Below are positions 17,989 through 26,278 of a stretch of DNA of 64,000 nucleotides, one piece after another. Origin of the DNA: Candidatus Microgenomates bacterium. Its GTDB lineage: Bacteria; Patescibacteriota; Microgenomatia; Daviesbacterales; UBA10151. Each line of letters starts with the position of its first letter. The stretch's first letter is position 1. Under the pieces are notes generated by a model. It did no database searches. It was not told where the DNA came from and saw only the letters and a list, made by a program, of their open reading frames with translations. A program made the translations under genes and the position numbers. The DNA is taken from contig JACOYE010000007.1 of assembly GCA_016182045.1 (NCBI GenBank), forward strand, positions 98,121 through 162,120, in the 5' to 3' direction.

Positions 17989-18708
17989 TTATATTTCTAC
18001 AATCGCTGATACGGGTAGGTGATCTGACCCTTCTGAATCTTTAACTCTGAATGAGCGTACTCTGATATCTTTACTGACAAAAATATAATCTAATCGATGC
18101 CGCAACTTTGTTTCCGCAAATCCCTCGACATTAAATGGATAGACTGTCCATGTTGGAACTGTTAAATTCTGATCAGCATTAACCATAACTTGATTTAGCT
18201 TGGTCACAATTAAACTGTCGGGGTGGGAATTGAAATCACCCATCAGGATTGCTCTTGCAGAAGGAAGCAGTTTTATTAAATTATCTACCTGTAGATTGCG
18301 CATCTTTGATTCTTTAAATTGATGAGAATAAGCCAGATGGACAGTAAAAACTGTCAGCATATTATTTCCCGTGTTAATTTTAGCTTCCACTGCAATCCGT
18401 GGTTCTGTCTCTGCTGTATTCTTATATAAACTCAAACCACTCAACTTGTGAAATATACTCTTTGCTATTGGATATCTACTCAAAATAGCATTCCCCTGCG
18501 GATATCCTAAACGGGTTTGATCCACGGCCCGGTGATAGCTACATTGATAACCAAGCTCTTTGGCAATAACAGCAGCAGTATTAGTTCCATCTTTTTCTAT
18601 GGCCTCTTGTAACCCGATGACATCAGCATTATTCTGCTTTAAAAAAGAAATTATCATCTTTAGATGATGGCCTTGCCAAATATTCCAGGAGACAACTTTA
18701 ATCTGCAT
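17989..18708 (-). CDS. Endonuclease/exonuclease/phosphatase family protein
   Basis: SWNI, GLQE, MGDFN, RLDYI and SDHLP motifs. Confidence 0.93.
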   Translation of the reverse strand: MQIKVVSWNIWQGHHLKMIISFLKQNNADVIGLQEAIEKDGTNTAAVIAKELGYQCSYHRAVDQTRLGYPQGNAILSRYPIAKSIFHKLSGLSLYKNTAETEPRIAVEAKINTGNNMLTVFTVHLAYSHQFKESKMRNLQVDNLIKLLPSARAILMGDFNSHPDSLIVTKLNQVMVNADQNLTVPTWTVYPFNVEGFAETKLRHRLDYIFVSKDIRVRSFRVKDSEGSDHLPVSAIVEI

Positions 18709-18767
18709 AATTTGTTTATGATTATACCATTGACAATTTATTGTAATACTATAAAATAGGTATTACT

Positions 18768-19040
18768 ATGCAGATACAACCTACTACTGTAACTCAAAAG
18801 GGACAAGTCACCATTCCCTCTCCCATCAGAAGGGCCCTCGGATTAAAACGCGGGGATCAAGTTCAATTTACTATTACCAAAAAAAAAGTAGTTCAATTAA
18901 AGTCAGCTAAAAAATTCTCCATTATGTCTCTTTATGGTTCTTTAAAACCCAAGATTAAGCCAAAACTCTCCGGTCAGAAGCTAATTAAATGGGAAAAAGA
19001 AATGGCTCACCAAGCATGGGCGGAGCAAGCTAACAAATGA
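18768..19040 (+). CDS. AbrB/MazE antitoxin
   Basis: TQKGQVTIP...LGLKRGD. Upstream palindrome GTAATAC...GTATTAC overlaps the -10 box. Confidence 0.9.
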   Translation: MQIQPTTVTQKGQVTIPSPIRRALGLKRGDQVQFTITKKKVVQLKSAKKFSIMSLYGSLKPKIKPKLSGQKLIKWEKEMAHQAWAEQANK

Positions 19041-19435
19041 TCTTCATTGATTCTAATGTAATTATCAGGTTTGTTTTAAATGATAATCCGAAACTTTCAG
19101 CTAAATCTTATCAGATACTAAAACAGATAGAAAATGGTGCTAAAGTTTATCTTGCACCAATAATTTTGGCTGAGATAGTTTATGTACTGTTAAAAGTATA
19201 CAAACTGGGAAAAACAGAAATCAAAAATAAAGTCTTACCTGTTGTAATGATGGAAAATATTAATATGGAAAAGAAGGATATTTTACCCAGGGCATTTGAA
19301 TTTTTTGTATCTAAGAATGTTGATTTTGAGGATGCATACTTAGCTGCCTTAATGGAGAAAAAACAAATTAAAAAACTTTATTCTTTTGATGAGGATTTTG
19401 ATAAATTTCCCCAAATTGAAAGACTAGAAGGTTAG
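19037..19435 (+). CDS. VapC PIN toxin
   Basis: IDSNV, AEI, DFEDA and SFDEDF motifs. Confidence 0.92.
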   Translation: MIFIDSNVIIRFVLNDNPKLSAKSYQILKQIENGAKVYLAPIILAEIVYVLLKVYKLGKTEIKNKVLPVVMMENINMEKKDILPRAFEFFVSKNVDFEDAYLAALMEKKQIKKLYSFDEDFDKFPQIERLEG

Positions 19436-19441
19436 TAATAG

Positions 19442-19527
19442 CGGAGGCGGGAGGATTCGAACCTCCGTGGGACTTTCGCCCCGATAGTTTTCGAAACTAT
19501 TTCCTTAAGCCACTCGGACACGCCTCC
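19442..19527 (-). tRNA. tRNA-Ser(CGA)
   Basis: ATAGT-TTCGAAA-ACTAT anticodon arm, long variable arm. Confidence 0.95.
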
Positions 19528-19529
19528 TC

Positions 19530-19605
19530 TGGCGCCCCCGGGGCGAGTCGAACGCCCAACCACATGGACCGCAACCATGCGTTCTATCCATTGAACTACG
19601 GGGAC
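19530..19605 (-). tRNA. tRNA-Arg(GCG)
   Basis: CATGG-TTGCGGT-CCATG anticodon arm, ends GCCA. Confidence 0.93.
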
Positions 19606-19633
19606 AACACGGGTATTTTAGCATTTGGAATGT

Positions 19634-19669
19634 GAGATTGCCACGTCACCTGCGGTGACTCGCAATGAC
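19634..19669. repeat. REP/RPE-like palindromic element
   Basis: GAGATTGCCACGTCACCTGCGGTGACTCGCAATGAC, a reverse-complement relative of 21217-21250. Confidence 0.75.
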
Positions 19670-19676
19670 AGAGGAG

Positions 19677-20270
19677 TTATCTATGAATATTTTCCAAAGG
19701 GAAATGTTTTTGCAGTCCTTCCGACCATTTTTCCATCCAGGATTTGAAGGGCACTTCCACAAAAGGTAAGAATCTGGCCACAATCTTTTTCACCTGTTCC
19801 TCACCCTGTCCTGAGCTTGTCGAAGGATCCAAAACCAGCATTAACTGTCCGGGAAATCTGAGTCTTGTTTGGATGATTAAAATTTTATGATTTTCTTTTT
19901 CTTTAAACCAAAATGAATCCAAAAAATGCCAGAAATAGAAATCCTCACCAATGGTGATGCCTTGAGTAGAAATTCTATATTTTATATCATGCGGTGGAAC
20001 AAATGCCAAAACATAGGCCACAAATGTCAAAGCCAAAAGTACCCCAATCAGTAAAAATTCCCTGGCCAAAAGCAAAATTAGGATCAAAAGAATAACTATG
20101 ATGGCGATAGTGGTGTAAAAGGAGCGGTCTTTTCTCCTAAAGGGGCGGGCAGGTGCTTCCCAGGAAAGTAAGGTTTTAACCTCCCCTGCTTCCATGATTT
20201 TGGGGTGAAGGGGTCCTGGTTCAGAGCCAGCTGGTTGCTTTTTAGTTTGTTTTTTTTCTTCCTTGGGCAT
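19677..20270 (-). CDS. Conserved CPR membrane protein (2 TM) with in-frame REP insertion
   Basis: WEAPARPF motif and 2 TM. PSTSSGQ is encoded by CCTTCGACAAGCTCAGGACAGGG at 19804-19826. Confidence 0.75.
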   Translation of the reverse strand: MPKEEKKQTKKQPAGSEPGPLHPKIMEAGEVKTLLSWEAPARPFRRKDRSFYTTIAIIVILLILILLLAREFLLIGVLLALTFVAYVLAFVPPHDIKYRISTQGITIGEDFYFWHFLDSFWFKEKENHKILIIQTRLRFPGQLMLVLDPSTSSGQGEEQVKKIVARFLPFVEVPFKSWMEKWSEGLQKHFPLENIHR

Positions 20271-20307
20271 TTTCTTTAGTGTAATCCTAAAAACCTACTC
20301 TGTAAAG

Positions 20308-20397
20308 TGGCGGAGGGGGTGAGATTCGAACTCACGGTGACATTGCTGCCACAGTGGTTTTCAAGACCACCGCTCTAGGCCACTAAGCGACCCCTCC
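20308..20397 (-). tRNA. tRNA-Ser(TGA)
   Basis: GTGGT-CTTGAAA-ACCAC anticodon arm, ends GCCA. Confidence 0.95.
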
Positions 20398-20487
20398 TGG
20401 CGGAGAGGGTGGGATTCGAACCCACGATACCCTTACGGGTATAGCTCGTTAGCACCGAGCGGCACTCGACCACTATGCGACCTCTCC
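20398..20487 (-). tRNA. tRNA-Ser(GCT)
   Basis: GCTCG-GTGCTAA-CGAGC anticodon arm. Abuts the next tRNA with no spacer. Confidence 0.93.
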
Positions 20488-20519
20488 AAACCAGATAATT
20501 TTACCAGAATCCATTCTCT

Positions 20520-21221
20520 CTATCTAGCCAGCGTGATGGCCCAGACTTTTTTGGCACCTGCTCTTTTTAAAATCCAGCAACATTCCCTGAGTGTTGAACC
20601 GGTGGTCCAGACATCATCTATAAGCAGGGTATAGGGTTTAGGGGATAGGGTATAGTCAGAAGAAATTTCAAAAGCACCAGAAATATTTTGTTTTCTTTGT
20701 TTACCTTTAAGTTTTGCTTGGGATCTGGTATAACGGATGCGTTTTAGTCCATCACAGTAACCTAAACCAAGCTTTTTGGATAATATTTGTCCAATTAAAG
20801 ATGACTGGTTAAATCCCCGAGAATTGGCTCTCCACCAATATAGCGGCACAGGAATGACTACCCATCCAACTCCTTGATCTTTTTTAATTTGATCTAAAAC
20901 AAAAGGCTGATATTTGGCCCAATATTCTATAGTAATATCCATCAAAATTTCCGCCAAATCTTTAATCCCTTTATATTTAAGTTGCTGAATGGCCGAGCGT
21001 AGTGAATCCTGGTATATTCCTAGACTCCATAATCCATCTAGTCCATATTTTCTGCGACAAACCGGATGAGTCTGCCCACCCACAGCCAATCTTTCACATC
21101 TGGGACAAACTAAATCAGTCTGCTTTATATCCCTTATACAATTCTGACAAAAATAGCTTCCCTCCTTACCACAACCAACGCATTTTTTGGGAAATAAAAT
21201 ATCTAGAATCCAGTTTGTCAT
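20520..21221 (-). CDS. comF: ComF family protein (double Zn ribbon + PRTase)
   Basis: CVGC/CQNC/CPRC, RGFNQ and LIDDVWTTGSTL motifs. Confidence 0.92.
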   Translation of the reverse strand: MTNWILDILFPKKCVGCGKEGSYFCQNCIRDIKQTDLVCPRCERLAVGGQTHPVCRRKYGLDGLWSLGIYQDSLRSAIQQLKYKGIKDLAEILMDITIEYWAKYQPFVLDQIKKDQGVGWVVIPVPLYWWRANSRGFNQSSLIGQILSKKLGLGYCDGLKRIRYTRSQAKLKGKQRKQNISGAFEISSDYTLSPKPYTLLIDDVWTTGSTLRECCWILKRAGAKKVWAITLAR

Positions 21222-21283
21222 TGCGAGGAGCGAAACGACGTGGCAATCTCACTAGTGAGATCCTTCGCTACGCTCAGGATGAC
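21217..21283. repeat. Composite REP/RPE-like hairpin that supplies the comF start codon
   Basis: GTCATTGCGAGGAGCGAAACGACGTGGCAATCTC-ACTAGT-GAGATCCTTCGCTACGCTCAGGATGAC. Confidence 0.8.
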
Positions 21284-21356
21284 AGCCTCATTTCGGATAT
21301 TGTAACGAGACTGTCAATTTGCTTTTTGCTATAGCATATGATATAGTACACTCTAC

Positions 21357-21714
21357 GGGGATGTATAGTCTCGACAGGATTGCTCTTTAAAAACTGCAAG
21401 CCGTTTAGGAAACATTAAACGTAAAATATTGTTTCAAAATTAAACGACAGATATTCTGATCGTTTCGCTCCAAACTACTTAGTAGCTTAAAGCGATATCT
21501 TGGGAAATCTTTTCCTGGCTAGATCCCCAAGGTATGTACCCAGTCAGGATGCGACTGGTTTGATTCTGATTAAGTCAGATCAGTTTAAGATAACTTAATC
21601 AAGCTTCAGCTTTCCTGCTAGTTGGTTACAACTGAAACTTAAATATTAACTAGCTAAGCTTGTAGAAGTTTTTATTAAAGTAATTTTGGACTCGGCTCAC
21701 AGCCGACATCTCCA
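21357..21714 (+). ncRNA. ssrA: tmRNA; tag (A)DRYSDRFAPNYLVA*
   Basis: 5' GGGGATG...TCGAC pairs with 3' CATCTCC-A, giving G3:U70. Tag ORF 21446-21490 ends LVA-TAA. Convergent with smpB. Confidence 0.9.
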
Positions 21715-21718
21715 CCCA

Positions 21719-22159
21719 TTATTCTTTTCCCCGTAGCTCTTGTTGTACTCGGCGTATGTGATCTTTCTCTTTGATTATGCGGCGCTTATCAAATTCTTTT
21801 TTGGATTTTCCTAGTCCCACTTCTATCTTAAATTTATTATTTTTTTCATAAATAGATACTGGAACTAAAGTGGTGGCTTTCCCAGAAACTTTACCAATCA
21901 AAGAGTTAATTTGACTTTTGTGCAAAAGCAGTTTTCTTGATCTGGTGGCATCATAATCTTTCTGACTACTTTGTTGAAACTTAGGAATATTGGCATTGAC
22001 CAGATATGCTTCCCCGTTTAAGATTCTGACATAACTTTCACCCAAATCTACTCTACCAGCTCGGATAGATTTCACCTCAGCACCAGATAGGACTATACCA
22101 GCCTCAATCCGCTCCAGAATATGATAATTATGAAGGGCTTTTTTATTTAAAATTTTCAT
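21719..22159 (-). CDS. smpB: SsrA-binding protein
   Basis: EAGIVLSGAEVKSIR, RKLLLHK and DKR motifs. Confidence 0.97.
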   Translation of the reverse strand: MKILNKKALHNYHILERIEAGIVLSGAEVKSIRAGRVDLGESYVRILNGEAYLVNANIPKFQQSSQKDYDATRSRKLLLHKSQINSLIGKVSGKATTLVPVSIYEKNNKFKIEVGLGKSKKEFDKRRIIKEKDHIRRVQQELRGKE

Positions 22160-22364
22160 TTTCCCTTAAGCTTTTAAATATCTTAACATACCTGATAACA
22201 ACATTATTTAGAAGCTGCTGCTTTTGACAGTAATCCATTACCATTAGGTGTTATTTTTCTACGAAATATTATTAAAAAATTTTCACTAAAATATATAATT
22301 TAGGTTCAATTTATTAATATTTATTGAAAATTTTTATTAACAAAATGTTGAAAAATAACACATA

Positions 22365-23525
22365 CTAGCGAATAAAATCTAAGTAGTTCTCCTGGTTAAT
22401 CAGTTGCACTGTTGTTCCATATTCACTGGTAAAGGACTTTGAACCCTTACTCAACAAACCAGTTCCATATTTAAACTCAAATGCCTTTAGCTCCTCATTG
22501 ATGGGTTTTTCTATGTAATCTACCTCTGCTCCTGAATAGCTTCTCCAAAAGTTGGACTCAATACTTTTCCCTTGATTGGCAAATCTCTTTTTTCTTTCAA
22601 CAAAGAGAAAGTTCTCCCATAAAAATCCTGCATCAGCTCTTAAATCAATAGAATTGAAGTCACCAATTAAACTATTCCTAATACCCAAATCTACAAAATA
22701 GATTTTATAACGGCTGCCAATTTCCCTTCTGGGGTTTTTGGAGTAAGGATGGGCACTGACAACTACATAAGATTTTTCTAAAATATCCAGGTAACTAACC
22801 ACTGTCTTCCTGTCTATCTTAAGTCTGTTTGACAGCTCATTCTCGTTAACCTCTGAACCAATCTGATAAGCCAGAGCCTTTGTTAAATCTTTAATAGCTT
22901 GGGAATTTTTAACCCGGGCAAATGCCAATATATCCTTAAAAAGGTAGCTTTCCACAATCCGCTCAAGAAGGGATTGTTTTTGTTCGGGCGTATTTGATAG
23001 ATAGACTTCTGGATATAAACCATAAAGCATTACTTGTGGCAACAGGGCGTCTGCTTCATTTTTAAGTATTACCTCATGAGTGTCTCCTGCTTGCAAGGCT
23101 TCAGTAAACGAAAAAGGGTATAAAGTAAAATCTAGATAACGTCCAGTTAACGGATCACTAAGTTTATTCTTTAAATCAAAACTGGAAGAACCCGTTGCCA
23201 GCACTCGTACTTTCGGAAAATTATCATAAATAATTTTTAATGTCAGTCCTGGATTATCCAGCCATTGAGCCTCGTCAATCAACAAAACATCAACCTCTGA
23301 GAGTAATCTTTCTAAGATTGCCTTTGAGTTGGTGTTTACCGCTGCATTATCCTCTGCTAAATCACAGTTTAGGTATAACACCCTCTTACCTTCTCCTTCC
23401 AGCCTTTTGCTAATGTCTTTAGCTAAAGTGGTTTTACCAACCTGTCTAGCTCCCAGCACCAAAATAATCTTTCCAGATGATTTTAGACTTGAGAATATCA
23501 AATTTTCAATTAATCTTGGTATCAT
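22365..23525 (-). CDS. AAA_14/DUF4143 ATPase
   Basis: GARQVGKT, IDEAQ, TGSSS, EVDY and FEFK motifs. Start chosen at ATG 23525. Confidence 0.9.
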   Translation of the reverse strand: MIPRLIENLIFSSLKSSGKIILVLGARQVGKTTLAKDISKRLEGEGKRVLYLNCDLAEDNAAVNTNSKAILERLLSEVDVLLIDEAQWLDNPGLTLKIIYDNFPKVRVLATGSSSFDLKNKLSDPLTGRYLDFTLYPFSFTEALQAGDTHEVILKNEADALLPQVMLYGLYPEVYLSNTPEQKQSLLERIVESYLFKDILAFARVKNSQAIKDLTKALAYQIGSEVNENELSNRLKIDRKTVVSYLDILEKSYVVVSAHPYSKNPRREIGSRYKIYFVDLGIRNSLIGDFNSIDLRADAGFLWENFLFVERKKRFANQGKSIESNFWRSYSGAEVDYIEKPINEELKAFEFKYGTGLLSKGSKSFTSEYGTTVQLINQENYLDFIR

Positions 23526-23577
23526 AATCCCAATATTAATACTAATTCTGGGATTTGTCAAGTGGAGAAGGTATGTT

Positions 23578-25389
23578 CTATTTTAAATCTACCTGATAAA
23601 TCTTACTTCCTTCCAAAAGATAAACTTTTTTCCCTTTCTCATCCACCACCAGATCCGTGGCTGTTGCAAATTTTTCTCCTTCTATTTGCCCCTTATAACT
23701 TCCTGTTTTTGTTAAAATTAAAAGCCTTGAGTTACCTGAATCTAAAAGATAAAGATTATCTGTATCTGAGGAAACAAAAAAGCTTTTTGGATCTTTCACT
23801 CCCTTATCCAACCCCTCATAAGAAAAATTATCTTTGCTGCCTCTGGTGAACCTTAACATCTCTCCGTCCTGCTTGATAAGATATACGGAGGATTCAATCT
23901 GCATCCTGACCGCGTTGCCAAAATCAGCCTTAACATCCTTTAAAAGATACTCCCTCTTGGCAGAATACCCCCCTGAAGTGGGCAGATATTTCCAAATCTG
24001 ATTCTTGGAAACATCTAAAAGATAAACATTTGAGGCAAAGCCTGACGCATCCAAAATATTGCCCCAGTCATCATCACTTTTGGAAACCTCGCTCACTTTT
24101 TGATTGGTGATATCCACTCTTAAGACTCCCTTATTCCGCGAATAGACAAAGGCAAAATTGCCGTTTATTGAGGCAAATACAGCCTCCCCCAGCTGCTCCT
24201 CTCCTGCCAAAATCTGATTGCTTTTTTTGGCAATATCCAAACTGATCAGGGTTTTTACATCCGGATCCAAAAGCAACAATTTACCTGCTGATAAACTCAT
24301 CTGCAGTGCTTTGAAATCTTTTTTAATAAGATCCAGATCCAAAAACAGGGGAAATTCCGAGGCTGTGAATTGTTGCAAAATTGAGGATGAGGAGATCTCA
24401 ATTTGTTTTTTTAAATCTTGCGCTTCAGACTGATTCGGTTTTAAAGCCAAAGCCTGATTAACTCTACTAGTGGCGCTGTCCAGCTTATCTTTGGCTTCCT
24501 TGGGATTTAAGCTGGCCAAGCCTTTGGCCGCATTGAAATCATCTTTTGCTTGCTGCAACAACTGATTAAACTGAGCCTGTCTCTGTTGATCCTGACTGCT
24601 TTTATATTTTAATCCCGTTCCCACCCCGATTATTAGGATCAAGATAATAGCTAAAATCAGTCTACCCCTGCCACTTTTGGGGAAAAATCTCCTTAATGTT
24701 GATGCTGAGACCAACAGCTTAGAAAAAATGCCCAAAACATTAGGTTGTGCCTCTGTTTCCACTTCTGCCATTTCCTGTTCTGAAGATAGAGTCGGAATGG
24801 GTTTCTCTTCTGAGACAGGTTCAACCTCCAAAGCCAAAGCTGCCAAACCCTGGTTTTCCAAGTTGGCCCCGCCAACCTTGGCCGACATCTCCTCTTCCCA
24901 TGAATCTTTTGGCAAATCCAAAACCTGGCCAAGTTCCGAACCTAAAAAGTCAATTAAACTTTTGGTTGATAAAAGCAGTTTATCTTTCTCCTGCAGAAAT
25001 CCCGAGATCAGCTGAGACGGTGCACCGACTGTTAAAAGGGGAGAAAGTTGCCCGCCTCTTTTCAGATAAACCTCCACCTCCCCCTGGCCAATTAAATAGA
25101 GCACCTTACCGGAGATTGCTGCCAGCAAAAGGTCAAAGGAACCTTCCTTCGATAATTTCTCACTTGTCTCATCAAAAGTAGCTTTTAACTTCTCGGATGC
25201 CGAACCTTCAAAATCAAAGTAGAAATCGGAAGCCTCAGATAAGGTTTGTCTGCCCTTGGTAAAGGCATCATCGCAAGAGAGGAACATCACTGCCAGAAAT
25301 ATATTCTCCTCATCTTCTTCCCGCCGGATAACTTGAGCTGCTTTTTGATCGGTATTTAAACCAATAACATGAGCAATTTTGAGTTTCAT
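23578..25389 (-). CDS. CPR membrane protein: PP2C-like N-domain, TM, TPR-like helices, beta-propeller
   Basis: Single TM at about aa 245, NHL-like repeats (LYLLDSGNSR). Confidence 0.6.
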   Translation of the reverse strand: MKLKIAHVIGLNTDQKAAQVIRREEDEENIFLAVMFLSCDDAFTKGRQTLSEASDFYFDFEGSASEKLKATFDETSEKLSKEGSFDLLLAAISGKVLYLIGQGEVEVYLKRGGQLSPLLTVGAPSQLISGFLQEKDKLLLSTKSLIDFLGSELGQVLDLPKDSWEEEMSAKVGGANLENQGLAALALEVEPVSEEKPIPTLSSEQEMAEVETEAQPNVLGIFSKLLVSASTLRRFFPKSGRGRLILAIILILIIGVGTGLKYKSSQDQQRQAQFNQLLQQAKDDFNAAKGLASLNPKEAKDKLDSATSRVNQALALKPNQSEAQDLKKQIEISSSSILQQFTASEFPLFLDLDLIKKDFKALQMSLSAGKLLLLDPDVKTLISLDIAKKSNQILAGEEQLGEAVFASINGNFAFVYSRNKGVLRVDITNQKVSEVSKSDDDWGNILDASGFASNVYLLDVSKNQIWKYLPTSGGYSAKREYLLKDVKADFGNAVRMQIESSVYLIKQDGEMLRFTRGSKDNFSYEGLDKGVKDPKSFFVSSDTDNLYLLDSGNSRLLILTKTGSYKGQIEGEKFATATDLVVDEKGKKVYLLEGSKIYQVDLK

Positions 25390-25626
25390 TTACAGTATTC
25401 CCCAGGCCAAAATTAGCAGTCCTATGGCAAAACCTGCATGAATAATAGATATGGCTTTTACAACTGGTGAGACCGGCGTAATCAAAGTTTTACTCATTAA
25501 ATCAACCTGTCTGATAATAAGTAAGGCAAATATAGCGTAAAATATCAAAATAAGCAAAATTACCCCTTTTAAAAAAACCAAAGTTAAGGGCAAGTTTAAT
25601 AAATTAGATACACCCTCTGCTACCAT
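25390..25626 (-). CDS. Small 2-TM CPR protein (DUF5657-like)
   Basis: YAIFALLIIRQVDLMSKT motif. Confidence 0.65.
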   Translation of the reverse strand: MVAEGVSNLLNLPLTLVFLKGVILLILIFYAIFALLIIRQVDLMSKTLITPVSPVVKAISIIHAGFAIGLLILAWGIL

Positions 25627-26174
25627 CAGTTACCTCCATATTTTTTGTGTGCTTGATCCAAAATAAAATCAGCCACCTTATGAGGTAGTGGCACATCTAT
25701 AAAATCGATATTTTTGGTGGCTCCGGCAGTTTGCACAAAGACGTTCCCGAAATGAAAAATGGTCTGTAATATTCCCCCCATGGAGGATGAGGTATCTTCC
25801 ACATTTCTTAAGGGAGCCATATCAATATTTTTAAAAAGAAGGGAGTGAAAATCTATATCCACGATATTTTTATCAGTCACAATATAGACATTAAAATACC
25901 AGAAAAGAAACCCCTCAAAAACCACCACCAAAACCAAAAGATAGTTAATAATCAAAATTAGTATCAAAAAAGTTTCTGGCAGGAGAGACAAATCAAATCC
26001 AACAGCTTGGCTCACCCTCGGTAGGAAAAAGGGGATCAAAAAAAGCAAAATAGCCGGAATAATCCAAGAGAGATTGGTAATTGGGTGAGCTCTTAAGAGC
26101 AAAAGAATCTTCTCATCAGCATCTTGACCTTCAAAGTTGCAGTTTTGGGGATTTTCAATATATGAGGAAAACAT
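25626..26174 (-). CDS. PH-domain membrane protein
   Basis: LLLRAHP, WYFNVYIVT and FGNVFVQTAG motifs. Confidence 0.8.
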   Translation of the reverse strand: MFSSYIENPQNCNFEGQDADEKILLLLRAHPITNLSWIIPAILLFLIPFFLPRVSQAVGFDLSLLPETFLILILIINYLLVLVVVFEGFLFWYFNVYIVTDKNIVDIDFHSLLFKNIDMAPLRNVEDTSSSMGGILQTIFHFGNVFVQTAGATKNIDFIDVPLPHKVADFILDQAHKKYGGN

Positions 26175-26196
26175 GGCTCAAGTATAGCACAGAAGT

Positions 26197-26278
26197 AAAT
26201 TTACAAGTACCAATTTACAATTTTCATTGAATTTACAATGATTAAATTTACAAATATTGAAAATTAAAAATTGAAAAT
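26197..26278. repeat. Degenerate heptamer-repeat tract
   Basis: TTACAAG/TTACAAA/TTACAAT...AATTGAA units. Confidence 0.6.

Noticed and set aside
20308-20397. tRNA-Sec or suppressor tRNA
   Set aside because: The anticodon is TGA (reads UCA, Ser), not TCA, and the acceptor stem is a normal 7 bp.
21002-21334. 110-aa ORF, and similarly 60894-61085
   Set aside because: Antisense or out of frame to real genes, and the tails are translated REP sequence (SLRGAKRRGNL, AQDD).
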